Source: Chiloscyllium plagiosum (taxonomy: Eukaryota). From it: DNA of 64,000 nt. The notes beneath the pieces were generated by a model, which saw nothing but the letters and a program-made list of their open reading frames with translations, ran no database searches and was not told the DNA's origin. Within the stretch, counting starts at the first letter, position 1. Each line of letters starts with the position of its first letter. A program made the position numbers and the translations under genes. The stretch spans positions 20,231,547 to 20,295,546 of the forward strand of contig NC_057718.1 in NCBI RefSeq assembly GCF_004010195.1. Direction: 5' to 3'. This document shows, in pieces, positions 51,801-62,609 of this stretch.

Positions 51801-52162
51801 CTATCCAAAGAACAAGCACATGCAGAATGGGCAGAATTGCCTCTTTCTGTGCCGTGATGTTCTATGATTCTCTGTTAAAGCAGCAAACATGGTTGTGTGA
51901 TAAAATTAAACATTGTTGCTTAAGTTAGTGAGCTCTCTGTCTGCTTATACATAGCCTAATGTGGTGCCAGGAGTTTGCCCTTTGAGTCTTATGTACTGAA
52001 GGACTCCATGCTGCCACCCCTGTATTTAAGCTCTGTGAAATTCAATAGGAATGTTTCCTTCCTTTAAAAGCATTATGCAAATGTAAGTCATCTTTCTCAA
52101 CAAAGAATTTAATAATTTAGAAATATTTTGAAGTGAATTGTGATAGCCCTTTTCTAACTTAC

Positions 52163-52497
52163 CTTATGATGGTTAGAAAAATAAATGTGTGGCAGCACAA
52201 TCATATTTTATCAGTTTGTGGGAACAATCAGTGTGAAAGATTGTATAAAATTCATCATAGGTAGGTCAGTGCAGAGGCCAGGCCAGCATTTCATTAACCT
52301 GTATGTTTTACGGATGGATGAAATTCCTGGCTGAAGGAGATAGGAGCTCAATGAATAAATGGGACTTTGTTGCAGATCTAACCCACCTGATTTGATAACC
52401 ACAGGATAATGATCCTGCACATGTGCATGAAAGATAGTTTATGCCTCTCCACATTTGTACTGCCATGTTTTTCAAAGGTTGACAGGCCAAGCTGCAC
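52163..52497 (-). pseudogene. Decayed Ig V-set-like exon (335 bp)
   Basis: Acceptor TTATTTTCAG| and donor AAG|GTAAGT. Reads QPLKNMAVQMWRGINYLSCTCAGSLSCGYQIRWVRS, later NFIQSFTLIV and terminal FLTII. Contains stops and frameshifts. Confidence 0.6.
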
Positions 52498-52669
52498 CTG
52501 AAAATAACTTAAATAAAAGCAAAATAATGTGAATTCTGGAAATCTGAATTAAAAACAGAAAATGCTCGAGAAACTCAACTGAGTCTGGCAGCATCAGTGG
52601 AGAGAGAAATAGAGTTACTGTTTCGATCTGATATAATTTCTTTGGAACTGATTCAATTCTGATGAACAA

Positions 52670-54110
52670 AATAACAGGAGTGGGTCATTCAGTCCCTTGA
52701 GCTTGCTCCACCAATGAGATTATGGCTAATCTGTGGCCTTACTCCATTTGCCTGCCTTGAACCCATTTCCCTTGATACCATTGCTCAATAAAACATTGTC
52801 TATCTTAGGTTCAAATTTAACAACTGAATTAGCATCCACCACAGTTTGAGAGAAATAATTCCAAACCTCCATTATTGATTGTGTCTAGAAGTGCTTTCTA
52901 ATTCTCTCCCGAATGGCCTGGCCCTAATTCTTACACTACGGCCCCTGGTTCGAGAATTTTCAACCAGAGGGAATAGATTATCTTTATCTACCCTGTCTTT
53001 CCCTGTTGATATCTTGAAAATCTTGATTAGATCACCACTTAACTGTCCAAATTCTAAAGAATAAAGGCCTAATTTGTCTCATAACCTAACCTCTGAAGTC
53101 CAGGTGTCATCCTTGTAAAACCTGTGTCGAACTCTCTCCAGGGCCAAAACATCCTTCCTGGAGAGTGGTGTCCAATTCTGCTCACAGCACTCAAAGTAGG
53201 GTCCAACTATGGTTTTGTATAACTACAGCATAACATCTGCATCATTACACTCCAGCCCCTTAGATATGAACGCCAGCATTCCATTAACCTCCTTGACTAT
53301 TTTGTGCACACATTCCTGGCACTTTAAAGTGTAATAAATCTGAACCCCAAAACTTGTTGGACATCCACTGCATTTAACTTTGTTCCTTCTAAAGAATACC
53401 CTGATCTATGGATGTAGATTTGCTCGCCGAGCTGGAAGGTTTTGTCACCCTACATCTTCAGTGGACCTCAGGCGAAGCACTATACATGATTCCTGCTTTT
53501 TATTTATATGTTTGGGTTGGTGTTGGCATTCCTGTGGTGACGATCTATCATTTTTGGTCCAAAATGGATATCTTCACGTTTGCTTATAGTAAAATCCACC
53601 TGCCATAGCTTTGTCCATTCACCTAATCTATCAGTATCCTGTTGCAATTTTATGGTGTCGGCAATACTGTCCACAATGCTGCCCAATTTAGTGCCAATGG
53701 CAGATTTGTGCATTTGACTTCTCATGCCATTATTCAAGTCATTAATGAATATTGTGAATAATTGACACTCTAAGACAGTTTTCTGTGGGACGCCACTAGT
53801 CACGGCCTGCCAATTTGAGTACTTGCCCATTATTACAGTTCTGTTTCCAGCCACTCAAGTAATTTCCTATCCATGGAGCAGGAAAATCAACATTTTGGGC
53901 AGGAGCCGAAACGCGATTTTCCTGCTCCTCGGATGCTGCCTGATCTGTTGTGCTTTTCCAACACCACTCTAATCTTGATTCCGATCTCCAGCAGTCCTCA
54001 TTTTCACCTAATGTCCTATCCATGTCAATAATTTGCCCTCGTTCTGTGGGCTTCTACATTAGCTAGCAGTGTCTTGTGTGGGACTTCATCATAAGCCTTC
54101 TGGAAGTCCA
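52670..54110 (-). mobile_element. CR1 RT/3' fragment with nested inserts (~53410-53542 and 53876-54008)
   Basis: WQAVTSGVPQKTVLECQLFTIFINDL...KLQQDTDRLGEW. Confidence 0.85.
53876..54008. mobile_element. Mini fold-back PLE pLTR with a 16-bp TSD
   Basis: GGAGCAGGAAAATC versus GATTTTCCTGCTCC inverted pair. TAAT(T/G)TCCTATCCATG at 53860-53875 and 54009-54024. Confidence 0.85.
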
Positions 54111-54124
54111 TTGGTTTGAAACTT

Positions 54125-54632
54125 GTGAAACTTGAGAGTGTTCAGAGAAGATTTACAACCATGTTGCCAGCGTGGGGGGTTTGAGCTATAGAGAGAGGCT
54201 AAATAGGCTGGGGCTGTTTTCCCTGGAGTATTGGAGACTGAGGGGTGACCTTATAGCTGTTTATAAAATCATGAGGGGCATGGATAGGCTAAATACTCAG
54301 GATCTTTTCCCTGGGGTGGGGTAGTACAGAACTAGAGGGCATAGGTTTAAGGTGAGGGGGAAAGATTTATAGGGGACCTAAGGGGCAACTTTTTCATGGA
54401 GAGGATGGTTCATGTATGGAATGAGCTGCCAGCTGAAGTAATGGAGGCTGATACAATTACAAAATTTAAAAGGCATCTGCTTGAGTATATGAATAGGAAG
54501 GGTTTAGAGGGATATGGGCCAAATGCTGGCAAATGGGACGAGATTAATTTAGGATGTCTGGTTGGCATGGACTAGTTGAACTGAAGTGTCTGTTTCCGTG
54601 ATGTACATCTTTATGACTCTATGACTCTGTGA
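54125..54632 (+). mobile_element. CR1 (HER1-like) 3' end
   Basis: LESVQRRFT, RLNRLGLFSLE and a (TATGACTC)n tail. Confidence 0.92.
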
Positions 54633-55178
54633 CTTAGAAGAAGCATCATATTGGACTCAAAACATTAAATCTGCTGCTCTCTCCTAAAAATAACTTAACT
54701 TGGATCAAAACAAATATAACCAATTGCCATTACACTGAGTTAGGAATTTACTTCAGATCACTTCATGTTTTCCATTCTAGATTTCATTGAATAGTTTTGT
54801 ACCTTCAAGGATATTTGGAATATATATTTGGTAAGAAAGGTATTGGAGAAAGTATAAATGTTAAAAATGATCAAAATAACAGATTGGCTTGACAGACTCT
54901 GTTAACCTGTTAACCTTATCCCTTCCTGTGTTTCTAAAGTTATTGTATTACACATGCAGAAAGTATATTAATAAAGTCCAACCTAAGGTATGCTGCCTTT
55001 TATCACAAAGTAAACTGATTTGATGCTTGAAGCTGTGATTCTTTACAAAATCTTTAAAGGAACTTAGTAAACATACCAGCTTACCGCTGAAATCTAACAG
55101 TGCAGTCAACAGTGTTCAGTCCTGATCAATTACTTGCGCATTTTCTATAAGGATAGAAAAGTGATAGAAAATGCAAAC

Positions 55179-55622
55179 CTTCAGGTTTTCAGTTATGCCA
55201 CCTATGGTCAATTGCCAGGAGAACTTGCTGAAGCATTTTCTGGTTTCCCTTATTCTTTCGAAGAAAGGTAATGAAGCTCTCCTCCCTCAACATTGATTTA
55301 AATTGGGGAACTGAGCAAATAAGGATCTGAAGTCCTAACTGTGCTTCCTCTGAGGCACTGAAGATCGGACTTGTTGCTGATTTCATTTTCTTTTCAACGT
55401 GTTTGAAGGCCGGCACAACAGCAAGGCCCAAGAGGCCAGTACTGTGTTATAATGATCTATATCTAGGTATGTCAATGAGTGGTGGTCTCCTGTTACAGTG
55501 CGACACATGCGTTCACTTTCTGTGATCCTTTGCATCATTTTCTCTTCTAGTAACCACTTTTGTCTCTGTACAGTTTGTAGATGCCTTGGTTGTAACAGTT
55601 GCTCCAAGTTTTGGTACAGTTA
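55179..55622 (-). pseudogene. Candidate stalk plus transmembrane exon of the 57-kb Ig pseudogene
   Basis: Acceptor TTTTCCATTCAG|. A phase-1 join gives VTVPKLGATVTTKASTNCTETKVVTRRENDAKDHRK*. Downstream, across frameshifts, I*IIIT and STGLLGLAVVPAFKHVEKKMK. The 3' end is uncertain. Confidence 0.45.
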
Positions 55623-57007
55623 CTGAATGGAAAATGTATATTTTAATAAAGTCAGTTGTCTCTGATCTATTTAAAGCAGCAAGCTTATAACATGATAGAT
55701 AAGAAGTTATTATGAGTGCGATATTGAAATGTTGTCACTCACATGTTGGCACAGAGTGCCGATTAGCACTAAACTAAACAAAATGTAAATTGTGTCAATG
55801 AAGTTTGATACTTAAAGGTTGGTTTACAATTTAGCCAAACCTCTGTCAAAGTTAGACCTGCCTCTTTCCTGCACTTCTATCTAGATAGCTTTTAACCACA
55901 GCCAAGAACTTTATTTGCATGGTTTTTCCTTTATTTCTTTATATAACAAATTGAATGTTTTGGTTTTTTTTATTGAGAACTCAAATGAAAAGAAAATATT
56001 TATCTAACTTTGAAACACATTCCTTTGATAGAATTTACTGTGATATTAAATTGGCTACAAATTAGAAATAGACAGGGCTCTTTAAATATTAGTTTGCTTC
56101 TGAAGTTCAAAGGATATGATCGAAGGATTTAAAATGTTAATGGTTTCAGGTAACTTAGACGAAGGGAGGGCGGTTATCTTAAACTAGAGTGTTGGAATAT
56201 GAACGTTTTGAACACTGGTTCCTTTCAGGCTTCCCAATGAGCAAAATTAACTACTTCTTGTTATCTGGGAATGTAGATGTTAGGTGAGATAAGGTAATGA
56301 AGGGCCAGCGCTCGAAAAGCTTGTGATTTCAAATAAACCTGTTGGACTATAACCTGGTGTCATCTGACTTCTGACCTGGTCCACCCCAGTCCAACACCAA
56401 CACCAACACCTCCACGTAATAGAATGGTTATGGCATTGGATTAGTAATCTAGAAGTTTGGGCTAACAATGCAGAGAATGCAAGTTAACATTAAACAATCA
56501 CCATTTGAAAATGGAAACACAACTAAAACGTTTGAAAGATGGTCATAAAATTCACGATTCTTTATTGTCCTGAACTTTTCTGGTCTTACATCACCATCCC
56601 TTTCATGCCAAAGTCATAGATCCTTAACTGCAGTCTGAAATAGCCTTGCAAATCACTCCCTTTAAAAGGGCACCTGGGACTGAGCAACAAATGCTAGCTT
56701 TTCCAGCCATACTCATATCCTAAGAAGCAATAAAAATAAAGGGTCTATTTATGATGTGTAACATGATAAATTTATAGAAAAGATCTGGAAACAGTGTTTT
56801 AAATTTTTCTTTTTAAACTTCACTCTTGATGATGTAAAATATTATCAAAATACATTTATGCCGTCTTCTCATGCTTGCACTTTTAATTTGGCCAAATATG
56901 TTCCAGTAAGAAACCTGAGGTCTACTTAGTATTGAATCTTACTGTAAACCAGACACCATTTTAACACACAATGGGATGTTGTGTTGTGATAACCATATGG
57001 TACTTAC

Positions 57008-57341
57008 CACCTCCAACTTTTACCTCCAGCCTGTGTGGCAATACCTGCAATGGTATTTTAATGTCTGCTGTGCACTTACATTTCCACTGAGGATCTCATG
57101 GAATGTAAATGAGGCAATAAAAACATGTTGTCCAGAATCCACCCACTGTAGTTCCTCTAACTTCATAGTTTGCATAAACTCACACATATGAAAACAATTT
57201 TGCAAACATAGGACAAAATGAAGTAGAAATTGGTATGTATCTGGCTCAACTCCTAGTCCAAAAATGAGCACTACACAGTCGACAGGTGCAGCGCAATGTC
57301 TAAGCATTCACCTGGTTCTCTTCACAAAAATGCAAGCAGCA
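57008..57341 (-). pseudogene. Decayed Ig V-set-like exon (334 bp)
   Basis: Acceptor TACATTTTAG| and donor GTG|GTAAGT. Stitched frames give REPGECL/TLRCTCRLCSAHFWTRS, EFMQTMKLEELQWVDSGQ, and FYCLIYIP*...DIKIPLQVLPHRLEV. Confidence 0.65.
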
Positions 57342-57516
57342 CTAAAATGTATTAATAAAGGCCAGTTCAGGTCCTTATGAGAAACTGGCGTCCATGCATG
57401 CATAAGAAATGTCCAAAACCTGCCAAGCAAATCCTGTGCACAATAATCAGGCAGCAGGCCTCATAAATGTTATTTGGAAGGATCCTTACCTTAAGGACTG
57501 ACATGCTCTTAGTTAT

Positions 57517-58590
57517 CAGAATCACAGAGACATATAGCATGGAAACAAACCTTTGGGACCAACTCGTCTGTGCTGACCAGATATTTCAATCTGACCTAGA
57601 TTTGCCAGCATTTGGCCCAAATCCCTCTGAATCCTTCCCATTCATCAAGATGCCTTTTAAATGTTGTAATTGTACTCACCTCCAACACTTCCTTTGGCAG
57701 TTCGTTCCACACAAATGGCCCTCTTCATGAAAAGTTAGCCTTCAAGTTCTTCTTAAATTTTTCTTCTCTCACCATAAATCAATGCCATCTAGATTTGGAC
57801 TCACCCACCTGAGCAAAAAGACCATGGCTATTCACTCTATCTTTGCCCCTCATGATTTTATAAACCTCTATAAAGTCACCCCTCATTCTCTGACACTCCA
57901 GGGAAAAAGGCCCTAACCTATTCAGCTTCTCCCTATATCTCAAACTCTCCAGTCCCAGCAGCATCTTTCTGCACCCTCTCAAGTTTAACAATGTCCTGTA
58001 CAGCTGCAACATGGTGTCCCAACTCCTTCACTCAATGTTCTGATCAATGAAGCCAAGGCAAAGGCTTTCACCACTCTGTCTACTTCCACCTCTACTTTCC
58101 AGGAACAATGCACTGGAACCCTTAGATCTCTGTTCGGCAACACTTCCCAGGGGTCTACCATTAACTGTAAACAACCTCCCTGGTTTACAACATCTCACAT
58201 TTATCTAAATTAAACTCCACCTGCCACTTCTTGGCCCATTGGCCCATCTGATCAAGGTCCCAGTTGTACTCTGGGACAATCTTCTTCACTGTCCACTATA
58301 CTACCTATTTTGGTGTCATCTGAAAACCTACTCACCAGGCCTCCTGTATTCACATCCAAGTCATTTATAAAAATGGTGAAAAACAATGGATCCCCCGGCA
58401 CTGATCCTTGCGGCACACTGCTAGTCATAGGTCTCCAGTTCGAAAAGTAACCCTCTACCACCATGCTCTATTTCCTTCCTTCAATCAATTTTGTATCCAG
58501 TTGGCTGGTTCCCCTGGGTCCAATGTGATCTGACTTTAATAACTCATCTATCAGAAGGAACTTTGTCAATTGCTTTGCTGAAGTTTGTGT
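57517..58590 (-). mobile_element. CR1 RT/3' fragment
   Basis: WRPMTSSVPQGSV, FINDLD, RFSDDTKIG, MLQLYRTL. Confidence 0.92.
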
Positions 58591-58656
58591 GTATAACCGC
58601 TGACTGTCAGGCCAGTGCACTGAGAAAAACTGCCTTGCAGAACCCACGAGAATCCA

Positions 58657-60211
58657 TGATTTAGAGATGCTGGTTGGACTGGGTGTTCAAAGTTAAAAAT
58701 CACACAACACCAGGTTATAGTCCAATAGGTTTAATTGGAAGCACTAGCTTTCGGAGCGCTGCTCCTTCATCAGGTGGTTGTGGAGTACACAATTGTAAGA
58801 CACAGAATTTATAGCAAAAGTTTACAGTGTGATGTAACTAAAATTATACATTGAAAAATACCTTGACTGTTTATTAAGTCTTTCATCTGTTAGAATGACC
58901 ATGTTAGTTTCACTTCCTTCATATGTAACTCACAAAACCTTTTTTAGAAGTTACATTCTCAGGTTAACTTTAATAATTGGTGTCAGCCCAGATAATATGT
59001 TGAAGGTGTTAGCCCTCTGTATGCTGTTGTCTGTGCCATAATGTTTAGATTGATTCTAATCTAAAAATGAGTTAACAGAGTCTTACATGGACGCATGCAG
59101 TTTTTGAGCAAAGTACAATGTAACTCTGCAAGTACAAATTCACCCCACAAACATATATATGTATGTGTGCATGTGCGTGTGTGTGTGCGTCTGTGTAGGA
59201 GTGTCTGTGTGTGTATATAGTGCAATGATGGTCACCTGTAGTGTGACATGAACCCAAGGTCCTGGTTGAGGCCCTCCCTATGGGTACTGAACTTAGCTAT
59301 CAGCCTCTGCTCGGCCACGTTTTGCTGCTGCCTGTCCCGAAGTCCACCTTGGAGGATGGTCACCCGAAGGTCCGAGGTCGAATGTCCTGAACCGCTGAAT
59401 TGTTCTCCCACTGGGAGGGAACACTTGAGTGGTTCCCTCCCAGTTGGAGAAAATTTCAGCGGGTCAGGATTTTCGACCTCGGACCTTCAGGTGATCATCC
59501 TCCAAGGTGGACTTCGGAACAGGCAACAGTGAAAAGTGGCCGAGCAGAGGCTGATAGCTAAGTTCGGTACCCATAGGGAGGGCCTCAACCGGACCTTGGG
59601 TTCATGTCACACCACATGTAACCACCATTGCACTATACACATACTCAGGCACGCGCGCACACACACACAATCCTACAGGCGCACACACTCCCACACTCAC
59701 ACATGCACCCTATCACAGACTTAGACCCCTTTACACTCACACACACACATATACACTCTCTCTCACAGACACTCACAGCTCCCCCACTCCAGACAGACAG
59801 ACACACAGACAAACCCACATGCACACGTACACATATATATTTGTGGGGTGAATTTGTACTTGCAGAGTTACATTGTACTTTGCTTGAAAACTGCACACAG
59901 AGGGCTAACACCTTCAACATATTATCTGGGTTGACACCAATTGTTAAACTAATATAACTTTTAAAAAAAGTTTTATGATTTACATATGAAAGAAGTGAAA
60001 CTAACATGGTCATTCTAACAGATGAAAGACTTAACAATCAAGGTATTTTTCAATGTATAATTTCAGTTATAGTACACTGTAAACTTTTGCTATAAATTCT
60101 GTGTCAAACAATTGTGTACTCCACAACCACCTGATGAAGGAGTAGCACTCCAAAAGCTAGTGCTTCCAATTAAACCTGTTGGACTATAACCTGATGTTGT
60201 ACGATTTTTAA
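58657..60211. mobile_element. ~1.55 kb fold-back of family-B PLE 3' ends (GIY-YIG C-terminus, CA-rich UTR, pLTR)
   Basis: Arms 58657-59422 (-) and 59432-60211 (+). SLPVGENFSG...VAEQRLIAKFGTHREGLN. TSD CA(C/T)GAGAATCCA at 58645-58656 and 60212-60223. Confidence 0.92.
58739..58779 (-). ncRNA. Minimal hammerhead ribozyme motif (family B), best-preserved copy
   Basis: AACCAC-CUGAUGA-A-GGAGC-AGC-GCUCC-GAAA-GCUA/GUGCUU. Stem I GUG(C)UU pairs with AA(C)CAC, with an AGCU palindrome. Confidence 0.7.
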
Positions 60212-62609
60212 CATGAGAATCCAGTTCATGTAACTTCAGTGTGTTAACAACTGGGTGGACAAAACTTCCTTTTTGTGCCAATCCACCATTTCATAGAAAT
60301 TCCAGTCAAATTCTGATTTCATAGGTGGCCATTTGACACCTTCATTGGTACCTTCCGTGAGCAGGCTTGAATGCCAGCACTCTCAATGACAAGCTGATAG
60401 CTAGCCCTTCTTATCCCCCTGCCCTTCATTCTGTGCATTAACACTGGGAGCATCTAATCTAGCCCGCTCCAACCAATCTTCCTGTACTATTGTACCAAAC
60501 TGTGAACTGGAGTTTGTAAATGCAACTCAAGCAATATTTCTGTTGCCTTCTCATTCTTCTCTGGGCCCTGACAGCCATATTCCAAGGAGCTTTTGGAACA
60601 TTGAAGTGACAGATAAGACCCTGTATTTTGTGGCATGGGTAAGCAGATGAGTGTCTTCTGAAAGAAGAAGGAATTTGTCATGCATATGGGTGAGACTTAG
60701 CCAAAAAGAGAAAAATGGTAAAAAAAAAAACCTCACAGGACTCATTCTCTTTCTTTGCCAGGTGTACCTATTGCCCATGAAATCCATCATCAGTCCTTCC
60801 AATGGAAACAAGCACATGAAAGATTGGTGTTATCCAACTTTGGGTACCTGCTTAACATAATTATTTGCATGATGCCCTGCAGGAAAGAATGGATTGTGTC
60901 AATGTTATTTGAGGGTGTGCTTGTCAGGGTCAAGTAGTGTTGCTGGTGTGTGAATTATGGCAGAGGATGCGACAGAGGTTATTGCACCAGTGTACCTGTG
61001 TGAGCAAGGAGGGTAACTGGTACATGGTGTTGTTATAGGAATGATAGGAGGAGAAGCAAGTGTACGCAGCTATGCAAGAATACCTGGAAAGGGATGAGGT
61101 GTGGGGGAATTGGAGATGGAGAATGTCAGGGGGCTGAATGCTGGGGCTTCAGGGCCATATAAAGCTAAGGAAGTAACTAATGAGATATATGAATTAAGAG
61201 ACTTACTTTACAAAGCCTTGTGTAGTTATTGAACCTATCCCTGTTTCACAGCCATGTCCTGAGGGTAATGTTCTTGCTGTTCACCTGCTCTGCCACTCTG
61301 CCCCATGTAATGGACAATTTGCTGTATTGATGCATGGTGGAAACAGCATGTTCTCCTGTAGCTCATTGAATATCCCACTTTGAATGCTTGTCATTTTTTC
61401 CATCCCTCTAATTGGTGGCTTTGTTTAGTTTGTATCATTCTTGCTTCTGAGTCAAACATTTCAGGTTTACATTCCAATCCAGGTTTTCAGTAAATAATCT
61501 AAGTCACACTTGCAGCATTATGAGGTCAGAGTGAGGTAGTGGGACTGACTAGATTTTTCCACAAATGTACTGTCATGGACTTGATGAACTGAATGGCCTC
61601 CTTTTGTGTTTCTATGACCTATGTGTGATACCAAATGTGCATTGTATTTCTGGACATTACCTTTTCTTCTTACCTGATGTTCAATTAATACCTTGCTACC
61701 TGGTCAAGTGGACATCGGCAGTTATACAATACTTCTGTTTGCATCAAAAACAAATACATGAAAAGGTTAAGCCAAGCTGAGATATTTGCTGCCCAGATCA
61801 AACGTGTGCACATTTCCAGGTTTACTGATAACATTCTTGAGAGAGAATGAATCTTTGCTTCTTTTGACCAGAAATGGTAGTGTCTACACTTCCTGAAATC
61901 ACCTCGAGGGGTTAAACCCAGGCCTTCTTCTGGGCTGAATAACGTATCACTAAAAACTTATACCTTCAGAATTTTCAGAGGTGTATAAGAAGAATTGTTA
62001 TGAGGAAATATTCCCTTCTTCTCAGTTCACTCCTCTTCTTTTGACCATGAAGACATGATGTCCCTTGCTCAATATACATCCACCAACTCTCTGCTACTTA
62101 TAAACCAAGTAGCCATTGCTTGCTTGTAAATGTGAACATTTATCAGATCATGGAAGATATTACAACCCTTTGAAACTTGATGCCTTTGTGCAAACTTCCA
62201 AAAATGAGTTCACGACCAGGAATAGCATGTTGACAGATTGTTGGATCCTATCAATTCTGAGACTTGTCAGGAAACTCAGTGGTGACCTGTACATTTTTCT
62301 TAAATTTCAAAAATATACTTTATACAGAAAAAATATCATTGTATACATTCATAGTCACACATGCAGTTCGGTTCTGTACAGTAGCATGTCAAGGAAACAA
62401 AGAACCATTGGAATTTGACTCTATCCAAACAAGCCAAAGACATCTCTTAAACATACAAAACTATATTTACATTCATTTGAGGCACTAAGATGGTCCGATA
62501 ACTGAATGGACCCCCATGTAACTTCAGCAGGAAAACCTCAGACAGTGGTCTTTCCAGGTGGGCTGTAAACAATCAAGGGAGTGGTAAACATTTTTTTAAA
62601 AATACTTAT

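Noticed and set aside
55189..55607. Track ORFs of 80 and 74 aa as stand-alone genes
   Set aside because: No recognisable domain. Better explained as frames of a decayed stalk/TM exon.
57490..57525. Apparent homology of VILITKSMSVLK with MILLTQIMSVLG at 40589
   Set aside because: The first codons overlap the CR1 3' tail, and the remaining match is too short.
60131..60160. GGAGT/ACTCC as compensatory covariation in stem II
   Set aside because: Explainable by CpG-type decay, and this copy has lost G12 (CAAAA), so it is probably inactive.
60485..60644. Open frame ending LYFVAW|GTAAGC
   Set aside because: No convincing acceptor or domain motif.
61673..61870. Minus-strand LYNCRC...LNI|GTAAGA as another Ig exon end
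   Set aside because: Needs several assumed frameshifts, and the upstream Cys/Trp were not found.
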